Origin: Chloroflexota bacterium
GTDB lineage: Bacteria > Chloroflexota > Chloroflexia > QHBQ01
Reading direction: 5' to 3'
Length of the DNA: 64,000 nucleotides
Assembly: GCA_043754535.1 (NCBI GenBank)
Contig: JAYUUN010000128.1
Location: 109,100-173,099 of the forward strand
Shown: positions 50,714 through 61,452 of the stretch, in pieces
Layout: each line of letters starts with the position of its first letter
Position numbering within the stretch: the first letter of the stretch is position 1
Position numbers and translations under genes: made by a program
The notes under the pieces: generated by a model
The model's input: only the letters and a program-made list of their open reading frames with translations
What the model was told of the DNA's origin: nothing
Database searches by the model: none

Positions 50714-51007
50714 CTAATCGTCTCTATGATATATAAAACGCGAGGGTCGCCAAAGGTTACACCGATTGCAGCCAATTTTCGCCGATCTTGCAAAATCACT
50801 GGGGCGGCCCGCAATATAGGCGGTTTAGAGCTACTACCTGCTATTATAGCGGATGCAGATGCTCCCCGCCACTAGCCTGCCAGGCCCAGTGCTGTTGCCT
50901 GATCGGGGCTGGGCTGGCATAGTAGGGCTGGCAGTGGGCCAAGTGCAGCCGACCAAACCCCCGCCAGCCTGAGCCGGTGGGGGTTGGGCTGCTGGGTTGG
51001 TTGGCGG

Positions 51008-53946
51008 CTACGGTGTTTCGGTCGGCTGCGGGGTGGGCATGACGACGGTTGGTGGCCGCTGGCTGGCTGGTTGGCCCACTGCCAACCTGGTCAGCGAGGC
51101 GGCCAGCTTGATCGCTTCTTCGCTAGTAACCGTGCCATAGTTGATCACGATCAGCGTACCGTCGAGGATCAGACTGAGTGTGTTTCCCCCCCCCACCAAC
51201 AGGGTTGGCACGCCGCCGATGCTAACCTCCTGCCCTTCACTGAGATACAACCTCGCCAGCCTCCCAACTGCTGGCTGCTGGCTGATCACCAGACTGGAAA
51301 GATAACGGGCATCTTCAGCTTTACTACCGTCAGGGTAGTAGGTAAAGGTTAGCTGCTCAGCTGACGTTCCCAAGAGCTGAACCTGGTTGGGACTATACTG
51401 CACTTGGTAAAGGCGCATATTGTCGGGTAGGTAGCCTGGCAGGAAGCTAGTCAGGGGGGCGCGGTCAGCATCGGCAGCGGCTAGCCTGTAGCGGTCGCTG
51501 CCACTCGGCATCCGCTCGAAGCGCAAGTCGGTAAAGCTGGCTCGCGGTGGCAGGCTGTAGTTAAAGATCGCTGGGTCGAAGCTGGCATTGTAGCGGATGC
51601 GTGTCACCTGCCAGGTGCTGACAAGATCGCTCCCGCTATTGCTGGTTACCAGTTCAATCTTGAGCGGGAAGTAGGTTTCGCTGTCGATCCAGTAGCGTTC
51701 ACGCAGGGTTGGCACCGGCCCCTGCTCGTCCCCACTCATACCGCCCAACCAACACTTGCCGAGCCGCTCACGCGGGGTGCGGCTAATCACATAGCTGCTG
51801 CGCCCGGCCACCACTGCACTACCCTGCAAGCTGGTAGTGTAGCATTCACTGCTAGCGAGCTGCGAATCACCGACCCAGCCCAGCAGGTAGCCCAGTGAAT
51901 TGCGCTGCTGCTCCAACCGTCGTACTTGCACATTCTTGGCTGGGCTATAGACTTCGGTACTCCACAGGTCGGTGCCATCGGCGATCTCCAGGTAGCTAAG
52001 TTGGTTGCCATCGATCCCGCCGCCCCCCCCTCGCTGCGCCAGCGGCTGGCGGCCTGGTAGGAGAGATGACCATGACGGTAAGCAAGTGGCGCGTAGTCAT
52101 CGGTGCGGAAGGTGTTGACCTCGAAGTTAGCAAGACCGTCGGAGTTGGTGGCGGCTACCGCGCGCGCCACAAGCTGCTCCGCGTCGGCTGGCGGGAGGGT
52201 AACGGTGTTCTGGCTGACAGGGGTGCTACCTGGCTGGACGAAGCGGCTAGCATCAAGCGGCTGGTTGTACTCAAGGCTCTCTACCAACCATTGGCGCACT
52301 ATGCTCTCGTCGCGGTTGCGGTCTATCCGCTTGAGCGGCAGGTTGCTCTCCTTATCTACGTAGAAGCTCACTTTGGCCGCCAGCCGACCACGACTGGGGC
52401 CGCATCTACTCAGGTCGATAGTCGCCTCGAACACCAACGCGCTGCGACCAAGCACCTGGTCATAGCCACGCCAACGGGGGGTAGAGTAGCAATCGGCCCG
52501 CCAATTGGTGCCGTAAGCAAAGAAATTGAGGTTGAGCAGGCGCAGATCAAGGGCAGCGGCCAGGTCGCTGCCGTCGCTGATCGTGGTGCTGCTGCCGCTC
52601 TGCACGCCATTGGTGCTGGTCACAACCTCGATGCGCCACTGGTTGGGCGCGGCATACCACAACCGCTGGCTGATGCTAGTACCAGGGTTGGTTTCCAGTG
52701 GGCTATAGGTCTGAGTCAAGACCAGCGTCCGCAGGTTGGCTGCTTTGTAGGCAATGCTAGCGTTGTAGATGTTCTGGTTAGGTTCGGGGGTCGGCTGATT
52801 GGCTGCTGCGCCTGTCGGTACAGGTAGCGGTGTACTGCTCGGCACTGGTATGACAGTATGGGTAGGCGAAGGTTCTTCATCGTCCTGGGGGGTGCCATTT
52901 GGCAATGGCAGGGTAACGGGGCTGAACAAGGCGGGGTTGATCGCCAGGTTGTACTGGATCGCGCTGACCGCGCGCACCTGTTGCAGGGTGCCGTCGCTGT
53001 TGAAACGCTCTACCTTGAGCGCAATGTAACTCTGCTGATCCACCCACACATGGGTGAGACTGGTTGCTGCGGCGGGGCAAAGCTGCTTGTTGTTCGCTAT
53101 CTCGATCACCCAGGTTGGGCGACCAGCAACCGTCTCGCTAGCCTGGAACTGGGGAGTAAGCCAGCAATCACCGTCCCCTGCTATAGAAGCGGCGAAGTTG
53201 ACCCTGCTGAAGACACTGATAAACTCAGTACGGGGGCGGCTACCGTCATTGACCTCGCTGTAGCCACCAGCAGGCTGATCGCTGCTACTCTCGTACCGCC
53301 AGTAGTTGGGGGCAACGTACCAGAACTGCGCCTGGAGGTCGGGGGGTTGGGGGGGGCCACCCGGCGGCACCGGCAACCGCACGCTGTAGCTGATCGCCAC
53401 GCTGGTCAGGCTGGGTGCATCGAAGGCGGCGTTGGCGCGGGTAAGTACCTCGCGGGCAGTGAGGGGGGTAACAGGCAGGCTGGCGGTGGGGGAGGGAGTC
53501 GCTTGCGGCGTGTGGCTGGGGCTGATCGCCTGGTTGGTAGCGGTAGCACTTGGCTGGCCGACTACGCTCGGTTGATTGCGGTTGTTGAGATCGTAGGCGA
53601 AGAACAGACCGCCGCTGATGACCAGCAGCACGAGGGCGGCAGCAGCCAGCCGTGCTGGTAGGCTGGTAGGTTGGCTGGGGCGTAGGATTTGCATGGTATT
53701 AAGCCTCTCAAGTTGGGGACTGGGGGTGGCTGGCGGTTTGCTGCGCCCGGCCTCAGCCAGCAGCAGCGTGCGTAGTTGTTTGCGGAAGGCGGGGCTGGGG
53801 GTCGCGCCGGGCATCTCCTGCACCAGCAGGCTGGCAGCAGCGGCCCGCTGAGGGTCGAGGGCGGGTGGTGGGGAGGTGTCAGCATCCCCGCTCAAGGCCG
53901 CAAAGTACCGCTCAAGCAGGGCGGCCTGTTGTTCCTGGTTGTCCAT
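51008..53946 (-). pseudogene. Putative anti-sigma with three LolA/RseB-like domains and a DUF4367-like C-domain, frameshifted at a G8 tract
   Basis: ORFs 51787..54072 and 51008..51931 join if the C8 at 52023-52030 is C9; TGATG coupling to the ECF gene. Confidence 0.75.
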
Positions 53947-54560
53947 CACTTGCCCTCCTCTGCCAGCACGATCTGGCGGATGCGTTCGACGGCGCGGTGG
54001 CGTAGCATCCGCACTGCCGGGCCGGATTTGCCGAGCGCAACTGCTATCTGCTCGCCGCTCCAGCCCGCGCACTGCAACTCGACCACGGTGCGCTGCTCAT
54101 CCGGTAGGCTGGCTACGGCGGCGCGCACGCTCTGGCGGTCAGCCCGCGCCACCACCACGTCCTCCAGCGACGGGCCAGGGTCTGCCAGCAACTCGGGTTC
54201 GAACAACGCACCTGGTTGCCGCCTGCGCTGGCTGTTGAGTACCACATTGTGGGCGATCTGGAACAACCAGGCAGCGAACAACCCCTCGCGGTAGTCGCTG
54301 AGACCGACGAAGGCCTTGAGGAGGATTTCGCTGCTGGCATCCTCCGCCGCTTCCTGCGATTGCAGGCGCACGTAGCAGTAGGAGTAGATGCGGTCTAGGT
54401 AGCGTTCGTAGAGGGCAGTGAAGCTCGCGGGGTCACTGCGGGCTGCTCGCACCAGGTCGCGGTCATCCACCTGAGCATACTCCAGGCTAGACGGCGCAGC
54501 CTTGCGTCGCCTCGTCAAGCCGAACAACCCAATCAGTGCAGTGGAGAAGTGCATAAACAC
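53946..54560 (-). CDS. ECF sigma-70 factor
   Basis: AAEDASSEILLKA, WLFQIAHN, GWSGEQIA..AVRMLRHRA. Confidence 0.93.
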   Translation of the reverse strand: MFMHFSTALIGLFGLTRRRKAAPSSLEYAQVDDRDLVRAARSDPASFTALYERYLDRIYSYCYVRLQSQEAAEDASSEILLKAFVGLSDYREGLFAAWLFQIAHNVVLNSQRRRQPGALFEPELLADPGPSLEDVVVARADRQSVRAAVASLPDEQRTVVELQCAGWSGEQIAVALGKSGPAVRMLRHRAVERIRQIVLAEEGK

Positions 54561-54730
54561 CCCCTGTCAAGTTATGATTACTATCGCGGTAAGCCCAGCC
54601 CTGCCTGCTCGCCTTCACCAGTAAAGACACCGCAGCTGGGTAGATGTAACGAGTAAACTTGAGGGACTTCACACTTTGGCCTGATTATAGCAGAATGAGG
54701 GGGTTATTGCCCCGAAAGGGACACAAGAAG

Positions 54731-54755
54731 GAGCCGCCCATATCGTGGGCGGCTC
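54731..54755 (-). terminator. Hairpin downstream of the SBBP-SLH gene
   Basis: Perfect GAGCCGCCCA-N5-TGGGCGGCTC. Confidence 0.7.
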
Positions 54756-54780
54756 TTGCTTGCTGGTTGCTGCCTGATGC

Positions 54781-57700
54781 TTAGCGATGCAGGGCGGTGA
54801 CGAGGGCGCGGTAGAGGACGACGCTGAGTTCAGCACGGGTGATTGCCTGGTTGGGGCCGAAGATGGCCGGGTTGCCAGGGTAGCCAGAGATTACGCCCTT
54901 ATTCTGAGCGGTGCTGACCGCGCAGTAAGCCCAGTGGTTGGTTGGCACGTCGGGGAAGATTTGGCTGGGGCAATTGGCGGGGTAAGCCTTGACCTTCACC
55001 ACGATCTTGACCAACTCGGCGCGGGTGATGCTCTTGCTGGGCAGGAAGCAAGGGCCTACTACCCCGCTGACCTGACAGGTGACGGCATCGTAGCCGTTGA
55101 TTACGCTGGCAGTGCGCGCACTCTCGATGTAGCGGTAGGCCCAGTAGTTGGTTGGCACGTCACTGTAGCTGGGGGTGGCTGGGTTCAGCAGCGGTAGGCC
55201 GAAGGCTAGTACAATCATCTTGCTAAACTGAGCGCGGGTAGTATTGGCGTTAGGCTGGAACAGACCGCCAGGGAAGCCACCAATTATATTGTGGCCCACC
55301 AGATAGCTGATTTCGTTGTAGGCGAAGAAGTTAGCTGGCACATCGGGGAACACAGCCGCAGTGGGCGTGTTGGTCGGGCCACCAGGGGTGTTGGTCGGGC
55401 CTACTGGCGTGTTCGTTGCCACGGGTGTGTTAGTGGCGACAGGCGTGTTGGTCGAGCCGCCAGGGGTGTTGGTCGGGCCTACTGGCGTGTTAGTGGCGAC
55501 AGGCGTGTTGGTCGAGCCGCCAGGGGTGTTGGTTGGGCCTACTGGCGTGTTCGTTGCCACGGGCGTGTTGGTCGGGCCACCAGGGGTGTTGGTCGGGCCT
55601 ACTGACGTGTTCGTTGCCACGGGCGTGTTCGTTGCCACTGGCGTGTTGGTTGGGCCGCCAGGGGTGTTGGTTGGGCCACCAGGGGTGTTCGTTGCCACGG
55701 GCGTGTTCGTGGCGACAGGCGTGTTGGTTGCCACGGGCGTGTTGGTAGCGACAGGGGTGTTGGTTGCCACGGGCGTGTTAGTCGGGCCGCCAGGCGTGTT
55801 AGTCGGGCCTACCGGCGTGTTGGTCGGGGTGTCGGTTGCTACTGGCGTGTTCGTGGCGACAGGGGTGTTCGTGGCGACAGGGGTGTTGGTTGGGCCTACC
55901 GGTGTGTTGGTCGGGGTGTTAGTTGGCACTACTGGTGTATTGGTGAGCGTGCTGGTGGGGGTGTTGGTGGGGCCTATGGGCGTGTTGGTTGGCACTACTG
56001 GCGTGTTGGTCGGCTGGGTCGTGGGCGTGTCAGTAGGTGTGTTGGTTGGCTGCGGCGTGTTGGTGGGCGATGGAGTGTTGGTCGGGGTGGGGGTTGGGTT
56101 CGCCCCATTGATGCGGGCGATGAAGCCATCCTCACCGCCATCATAGCTCTGGTCGTAAGCGGTATTGTTGACTGGCAAGTTCGTCGAATAGGTGTCACCA
56201 GTAACGTACACGTCCCCTGTCACGCCGAAGGTGACGGCCTTCGCCTCATCAAAGCCATCACCACCAAAGTAGGTAGAGTAGACGAATGAGCTACCAGTCG
56301 GCGCGAGTTGGCTGATGAAGGCATCACTGCCGCCGCTCAGCACACCCTGGCCCGCGATTGGGTTGAGCAGCGGGAAGCCAGTGTCCGAGCTAGTGCGACC
56401 AACAACGAAGGCGTTAGCAGTGGCATTGACAGCCACGCCGTAAGCGATATCGTCGCTGCTGCCGCCGAGGTAGGTCGAGTATAGCAGCGGGAAGGGGCTG
56501 CCAGTAGTTGGCATGGCAGTGACGAAAGCATCATTACCGCCGCCATAGGTACTCTGCGCCGCATTTTGCAGCGGGAAGTCGCTGTTCGAGTTGGTCTGGC
56601 CGACCACATAGGCAACCCCACCAGCCCCCACCGCCACGCCATAAGCGTCCTCAGTCAGGCTGCCACCGAGATAGCTTGAGTAGAGGTAGGCCGAACCGCT
56701 GGGGCTAATTTTGGTCAGGAAAGCATCGCTGCTGCCAGCCTCCGTGCCGTCATAGGGATTAACTGTCTTGAAGTTGAGCGAGGAGGTGAAGCCGACCACG
56801 TAAGCATCACCGAGCAGGTCTACCGCAATGGCGTTACCCTCATCAGTGCTGCCACCGCCCCCTGCACCCTGATCGCCGAGGTAGGTAGAGTAGAGGGAGT
56901 CGCCGTTGAGGCTGAACATGGAGACAAAGGCATCGCGGGCCGCCCCATCAGGCTGCACAGGTATGACCGTAGGGAAGTTGGGGGAGTCGGTAAAGCCAGT
57001 TAGGTAGGCATTACCCGCTGCGTCAACTGCGATCCCCCGCGCCTCATCGCTCTGGCTACCACCGAAGTAGGTGGAGAAGACCAGGCCAGTGCCAAGTGGG
57101 TTTAGGCGGCTGAGGAACACATCATCGCTGCCAGCCAGGTTGGGCTGGGTGGGGCTGTTGGCGGTAGGGAAGTCGGTCGAGTAGGTGAAGCCAGTGACGT
57201 AAGCACTGCCCAGGCTGTCGGTAGCAATCCCGGTGCCGCGATCCTGGCCGTTGCCGCCGAGGTAGGTGGAGTAGAGCAGGTTCATGCCAGCCGCGTCGAG
57301 CTTGCTGACGAAAGCATCGTACTGGCCGTTGCCAAATTGCCCCTGGAAGGCTCCCGCTGGCGGCACAATCGGGAAGTCGAGGTTGGATTTGGTCCAGCCG
57401 GTAATGTAGGCCGAACCAGTGGCATCCACCGCGATGCTCACGGCCTCATCATCCTGGTGGGCGATGTTGGTGCCACCGAGGTAGGTAGCAAAGGTAATAA
57501 TTGGGTCGATCACCAGCGGTAGGCTACGGTCGTAAGCGGCCACGCTGAAGCCAACCTCACCGCTGGCGGTCAACTGGTAGCCACCGGCCACCGCCTGCCT
57601 GCCCTGGGCTGTGTCCTGGTAGATGTATGGCGCAGGCTGGTAGATGGTACCGACGGCGGTCTGGATCGCCAGCCGTTCGCCACTGACCGCCAGCTGCTGT

Positions 57701-58272
57701 GCGCCAGTAAGGGCCAGCCGAATCTGGCTGGGGTCGGCCTGGGGCGCGAGGATGAAGTCATACTCCAACTGCCCACTCTTGCCATAGTAAGCAAGGTCAA
57801 TGCCTGGGTAAACCCCCCGGTAGATTACCTTCGCATAGTTGGCTATACTGCTGTGCCACTTGCTGGCATCGTTGCCTACCAGGTAGTTGCTGACCCCCAG
57901 CTTCTTGTCTGCTGCGAGCAGGGTAGGGTTGGCGTTTGCGCCACGTAGTTGCAGTTGCAGCACCACTTCGCTGCTGGTGGCAGTGGCTGCTAGCTTCAAC
58001 ACGGCTTCCTGAGCGGTCAGGAAGACGGTGTAGCCCTTGCCCCGCGCAAGATATTGCACGCGAGGGTCAGTCTGACCTGCGTTGGCTTCAAAGTTGAGCG
58101 GCAGTTGGCTGAGGTTGTCGCGCACACGCTGCTCCTGGCTGCGCGATGCGGTTCGTTGTGGGCTACTTTGCTGGTCGAGTGTCTGGTTCTGCGTGGGCAA
58201 GTAGGGAAGGAAGGTGGCTATCAAGATCAGGGCAAGGGCGGCGAGGCTCAACCGTCGAGTAGAATTGTTCAA
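54781..58272 (-). CDS. Secreted surface protein: N-domain, SBBP beta-propeller repeats, PTNT linker, three SLH repeats
   Basis: Signal peptide; FEANAGQ; repeated YSTYLGG..D...IAVD..G.AY.TG; FPDVP..TRAQ/TRAE. Confidence 0.92.
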   Translation of the reverse strand: MNNSTRRLSLAALALILIATFLPYLPTQNQTLDQQSSPQRTASRSQEQRVRDNLSQLPLNFEANAGQTDPRVQYLARGKGYTVFLTAQEAVLKLAATATSSEVVLQLQLRGANANPTLLAADKKLGVSNYLVGNDASKWHSSIANYAKVIYRGVYPGIDLAYYGKSGQLEYDFILAPQADPSQIRLALTGAQQLAVSGERLAIQTAVGTIYQPAPYIYQDTAQGRQAVAGGYQLTASGEVGFSVAAYDRSLPLVIDPIITFATYLGGTNIAHQDDEAVSIAVDATGSAYITGWTKSNLDFPIVPPAGAFQGQFGNGQYDAFVSKLDAAGMNLLYSTYLGGNGQDRGTGIATDSLGSAYVTGFTYSTDFPTANSPTQPNLAGSDDVFLSRLNPLGTGLVFSTYFGGSQSDEARGIAVDAAGNAYLTGFTDSPNFPTVIPVQPDGAARDAFVSMFSLNGDSLYSTYLGDQGAGGGGSTDEGNAIAVDLLGDAYVVGFTSSLNFKTVNPYDGTEAGSSDAFLTKISPSGSAYLYSSYLGGSLTEDAYGVAVGAGGVAYVVGQTNSNSDFPLQNAAQSTYGGGNDAFVTAMPTTGSPFPLLYSTYLGGSSDDIAYGVAVNATANAFVVGRTSSDTGFPLLNPIAGQGVLSGGSDAFISQLAPTGSSFVYSTYFGGDGFDEAKAVTFGVTGDVYVTGDTYSTNLPVNNTAYDQSYDGGEDGFIARINGANPTPTPTNTPSPTNTPQPTNTPTDTPTTQPTNTPVVPTNTPIGPTNTPTSTLTNTPVVPTNTPTNTPVGPTNTPVATNTPVATNTPVATDTPTNTPVGPTNTPGGPTNTPVATNTPVATNTPVATNTPVATNTPVATNTPGGPTNTPGGPTNTPVATNTPVATNTSVGPTNTPGGPTNTPVATNTPVGPTNTPGGSTNTPVATNTPVGPTNTPGGSTNTPVATNTPVATNTPVGPTNTPGGPTNTPTAAVFPDVPANFFAYNEISYLVGHNIIGGFPGGLFQPNANTTRAQFSKMIVLAFGLPLLNPATPSYSDVPTNYWAYRYIESARTASVINGYDAVTCQVSGVVGPCFLPSKSITRAELVKIVVKVKAYPANCPSQIFPDVPTNHWAYCAVSTAQNKGVISGYPGNPAIFGPNQAITRAELSVVLYRALVTALHR
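55360..56100 (-). repeat. Intragenic 18/21-bp repeats encoding [13 protein letters not shown] and PTNTPGG
   Basis: Directly visible in DNA and translation. Confidence 0.95.
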
Positions 58273-58618
58273 TGGGACATCCTTTCAAACTGCGGGGTTA
58301 GTAGTGATCGCCATTAGCTGTGACCACAGAGTAATTCTAACCACAGAGGGTGTCCATTTCTGTTGGATTTTGTTGGCTGTTTGGCAGCATCTGTGCTGGC
58401 AGCAAATCATGGCTGGGCCAAGCACAGGGTGCAGCAGGCGCACTCCGCTTTTGCCTGTCAGCCCACGATCAGCTATAATGAGCGCACGCTTATTGCTGCA
58501 AACCTGCAAGAGGGTGCTAGCCGCAGCCCAGGAGACGATGCGGCTGGCGCGCTACAACGTGGAGTTGAACGCGGGACGATTGAACAGCAGTAGCTACTAG
58601 CCGAACGAGGGATCGAAG

Positions 58619-58966
58619 ATGCAAATTGGTGCAGGCGAAGGTGGCAGTCTAGCAGGCGATAGCCTCTGGCGATTGTTGATCGCCCTGCTAGAGATAGTGG
58701 TTGGGCTAGGGCTGCTGCTCACCCCTTACTGGACGCGGCGCAAGCTCGTGCGGCTCCGCAGCAGCACGGCCACCAGCCGTCAGCGGCACATCGTCCTGTT
58801 TACCATTGCGGGCGTGGCTGCCATCATCAGCGGTATCTTCCTGATCGTGCAGGGAGGGGACATCGGCTCGTCACTGATCCCCCTCGGCATGATCGGCGCA
58901 GCGGTGGCAACTGCCCTGCTGCCGAGCCGCGACGAGCAGGTGGATGAGGAGCAGAGCGAGAGCTAG
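58619..58966 (+). CDS. Small 3-TM hypothetical protein
   Basis: GAGGG RBS; three hydrophobic segments; upstream TATAAT. Confidence 0.7.
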   Translation: MQIGAGEGGSLAGDSLWRLLIALLEIVVGLGLLLTPYWTRRKLVRLRSSTATSRQRHIVLFTIAGVAAIISGIFLIVQGGDIGSSLIPLGMIGAAVATALLPSRDEQVDEEQSES

Positions 58967-59039
58967 GGCCGCTTCAGCCCACCAAGCTCATGATGCGCCC
59001 TGCTTCAGAGCAGACCGCTAGAACTCCTGGCCCTAACTG

Positions 59040-59393
59040 CTACAGCGTCCCGCTCGCCACCTCCACAAAGGGTAGGAACTCGCCATCCGCACGGCGCGGG
59101 AAGGGCTGCACCAGTAGCACGGCAGTGCGGTTGACCGGGCCGTAGATGTGGGGGTAGAGCAGTTTGCCGTGGTCGAACCGCCAGGGGCTGCCCGTTGCCT
59201 CCAGGTCGATGGTCAGCAGATAGTAGGGGCGGGGATCGCTGCGGTAGTGGCGGTTGGCGGTGGTGACCATGTTGGCTGCTCCGTCAGTGCAGTGGATAAA
59301 ACCCTCATCAGCCAGCGAAGTAGCGGCGTAGGGTATGCTGGCGGGCAGCTTGTCCCACACCTCCATCGGGGTTATGTGGTAGGTCAGTCTCAT
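59040..59393 (-). CDS. DUF952 family protein
   Basis: YHIT, SL..EGFIHC, YPHIYGP. Confidence 0.88.
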   Translation of the reverse strand: MRLTYHITPMEVWDKLPASIPYAATSLADEGFIHCTDGAANMVTTANRHYRSDPRPYYLLTIDLEATGSPWRFDHGKLLYPHIYGPVNRTAVLLVQPFPRRADGEFLPFVEVASGTL

Positions 59394-59456
59394 CTTTGCT
59401 CCTCTGGCAGGTCCAACAAAGCCCCTCCCTGGGCGGGGAGAGGCTCTGGCGAACGG

Positions 59457-60842
59457 CTATTCTGTGCTGGCGGAGTCACTCGCGCCGCTGCCACGTGCGT
59501 TCTCGGCGGCTACGCTCTCCCCCTGCAAGGCATCGGGTAGCTCCGTCTGGGCCAGCTTGCGGGTGGCAAAGGTTAGCTTCTTGGTACCAGCCGCAGACAT
59601 CTTGCCCTGAGCTTCAAGGTTGCTGGCCTCGGCCTCAGCCTGGTTCGCCAGGTCTACCTCACCCAAGTTGAGCAGGCGGGTCGCTGCCGCCCGCAGCTTA
59701 CTGGTTGCCCCTGCGATATTGCCGACCTCGGCCTCGCTCAGGGCAGTGGTTTGCAGCTTGAAAGCAGTCGCCTTCTCCACCAGGTTCATCACGCGCGGGT
59801 TGAGAGCCTCGCGGGGAGCCTCGGCGGGGGCTTCCTCGTAGGTGAGGGTGACATCGCTCTGCAACTCGCGGCTGCCAGCCCCTACGGTTGGCACCTCGTA
59901 GGTGAATTGCAACTGGGCGACCCGGAACGTGCCAACGGGCCGGGCTGGCAGCAGCACCTCAGAGAGGATCGTCTGCGCCTTGCCTGCACTCAGTTCGCCA
60001 AGCTGCACCGTGATCACGTTCTCTGTCTGCATAGTGTCCAGCTTGAGCTTGCGGATCATTGGGGTCATCTGGTAGACCGTGCGCGCCTCTACCCCACCAC
60101 CAAGCCGCATGGTGAGGGTGGCATTCTGCACCACCGCTTCCTTCATCTCCTGCACCGTGCGCTCAAAGTATTTGGCGATCTCGTCTGGCTTGTTGATGAA
60201 GTCGCTCTGGCCCTTGCTGTTGTCAGCGATAGCGTCAAGTAGACTTTCGTTCCAATCAGTGCCGAGGCCGAGGGCGATGATCGAGATGCCCACCTCACCT
60301 GCCTGGCGGGCCACATCCTTGCAGACTGGCTCATCGCCGCCTGGTTCGTCGCCCCAGGTCTGGCCGTCGGTAAGCAGGATCATGCGGTGCAGGTAGTTGC
60401 CCGCTGGGTTGGCGGTGCGTACTTTCTTCAACTCGTCCAGCCCCAGCAGCATCCCCCGCGACATGGTAGTACCACCAGCCACGCGGATACCATCCACTGC
60501 CTTCTTCATCTGCGTCTTGCCATCATCCGTCACCAGGGTGGCGGGGACGATCACGCGGGCGTTGTCGGAGAAGACAACGACGGTGGCCGAGTCGCCCGCT
60601 TCGAGCAGGTCAATCACCTGCTTGACCGCCTCCTTCAGTTGCTCCAGCTTGTTATCCTCATCCATCGAGCCGCTATGGTCGAGAACGAGCGCGAGGTTGA
60701 GCGGGGTCTTGTTCTGTACCGCCACGCTCATTGCGGTGGGCGGGGTAATGTCAATCGCCAGGTAGCCAAGCTGCGTCTGCTGCATCACTGGGGCTGCACT
60801 GCGCCCCCACGACCATTTGAGTGTTACCTGCTCATCAGCCAT
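59457..60842 (-). CDS. VWA domain protein
   Basis: MIDAS DHSGS, GGT, LLTDG; AAGGAGG before ATG at 60842. Confidence 0.92.
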   Translation of the reverse strand: MADEQVTLKWSWGRSAAPVMQQTQLGYLAIDITPPTAMSVAVQNKTPLNLALVLDHSGSMDEDNKLEQLKEAVKQVIDLLEAGDSATVVVFSDNARVIVPATLVTDDGKTQMKKAVDGIRVAGGTTMSRGMLLGLDELKKVRTANPAGNYLHRMILLTDGQTWGDEPGGDEPVCKDVARQAGEVGISIIALGLGTDWNESLLDAIADNSKGQSDFINKPDEIAKYFERTVQEMKEAVVQNATLTMRLGGGVEARTVYQMTPMIRKLKLDTMQTENVITVQLGELSAGKAQTILSEVLLPARPVGTFRVAQLQFTYEVPTVGAGSRELQSDVTLTYEEAPAEAPREALNPRVMNLVEKATAFKLQTTALSEAEVGNIAGATSKLRAAATRLLNLGEVDLANQAEAEASNLEAQGKMSAAGTKKLTFATRKLAQTELPDALQGESVAAENARGSGASDSASTE

Positions 60843-61070
60843 CTTGCGCCCTCCTTGTGGTCTACGTCGGTTTTGGTTACGCGGATAGTATAACATAAGA
60901 CAGGAGGATGGGGGTTTAGGTTTCCACAGCAAAGCTGCCGCTCCTTGTTCACCACAACCAGGCAGCCAGAACCTGACTTCGGCAAACCTTCTCCTCCAGC
61001 TTCGCTAGCTGCCCCACAGTCGTAAACTGTCGCTGGCATAAAACTGGCTGGAGAGAGTTGTTGCTTACTA

Positions 61071-61079
61071 TGTTATAAT
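61071..61079 (+). promoter_or_regulatory. Extended -10 (TGTTATAAT)
   Basis: Exact TGnTATAAT upstream of 61116. Confidence 0.6.
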
Positions 61080-61115
61080 CGGTTCTGCGAAACAGCCAAA
61101 AGCCAGGAGATTGCG

Positions 61116-61406
61116 ATGAGCGAACCAACCAACACGCGTAAATCGGCAGAGGGTACCGCTGCCAGTGCCGACCCAACCACGATCACGGTAGCGAGCGAAA
61201 CGGCGATCACGGCTGGCCCACCAGAGCGGATCGTCAGTGATATTCGTTACAAGCACATGGGCAATGAATGGGAGAGCCACTTGCAGGCGATGCGTGGCCT
61301 CAAGCGGCGCAGCCTACGTGGTAGCGATGACTTCCCCGGCAGCTTCTGGGAGCCGGTCGAGGAGGAGCGTTATGGCCCGGAGCCAGAGCAGCCCGCCAGC
61401 AAGTAG
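61116..61406 (+). CDS. Small hydrophilic hypothetical protein
   Basis: Promoter, AGGAG RBS and ATG. Confidence 0.7.
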   Translation: MSEPTNTRKSAEGTAASADPTTITVASETAITAGPPERIVSDIRYKHMGNEWESHLQAMRGLKRRSLRGSDDFPGSFWEPVEEERYGPEPEQPASK

Positions 61407-61452
61407 CCACCTTCCCCGCCAGGGGCAACCATGATCGATGAGGAGGCAGTTT

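Noticed and set aside
55360..56100. Short tandem repeats as a non-coding array; antisense ORF 55361..56146
   Set aside because: They encode the PTNT linker with wobble variation; the antisense ORF is a shadow
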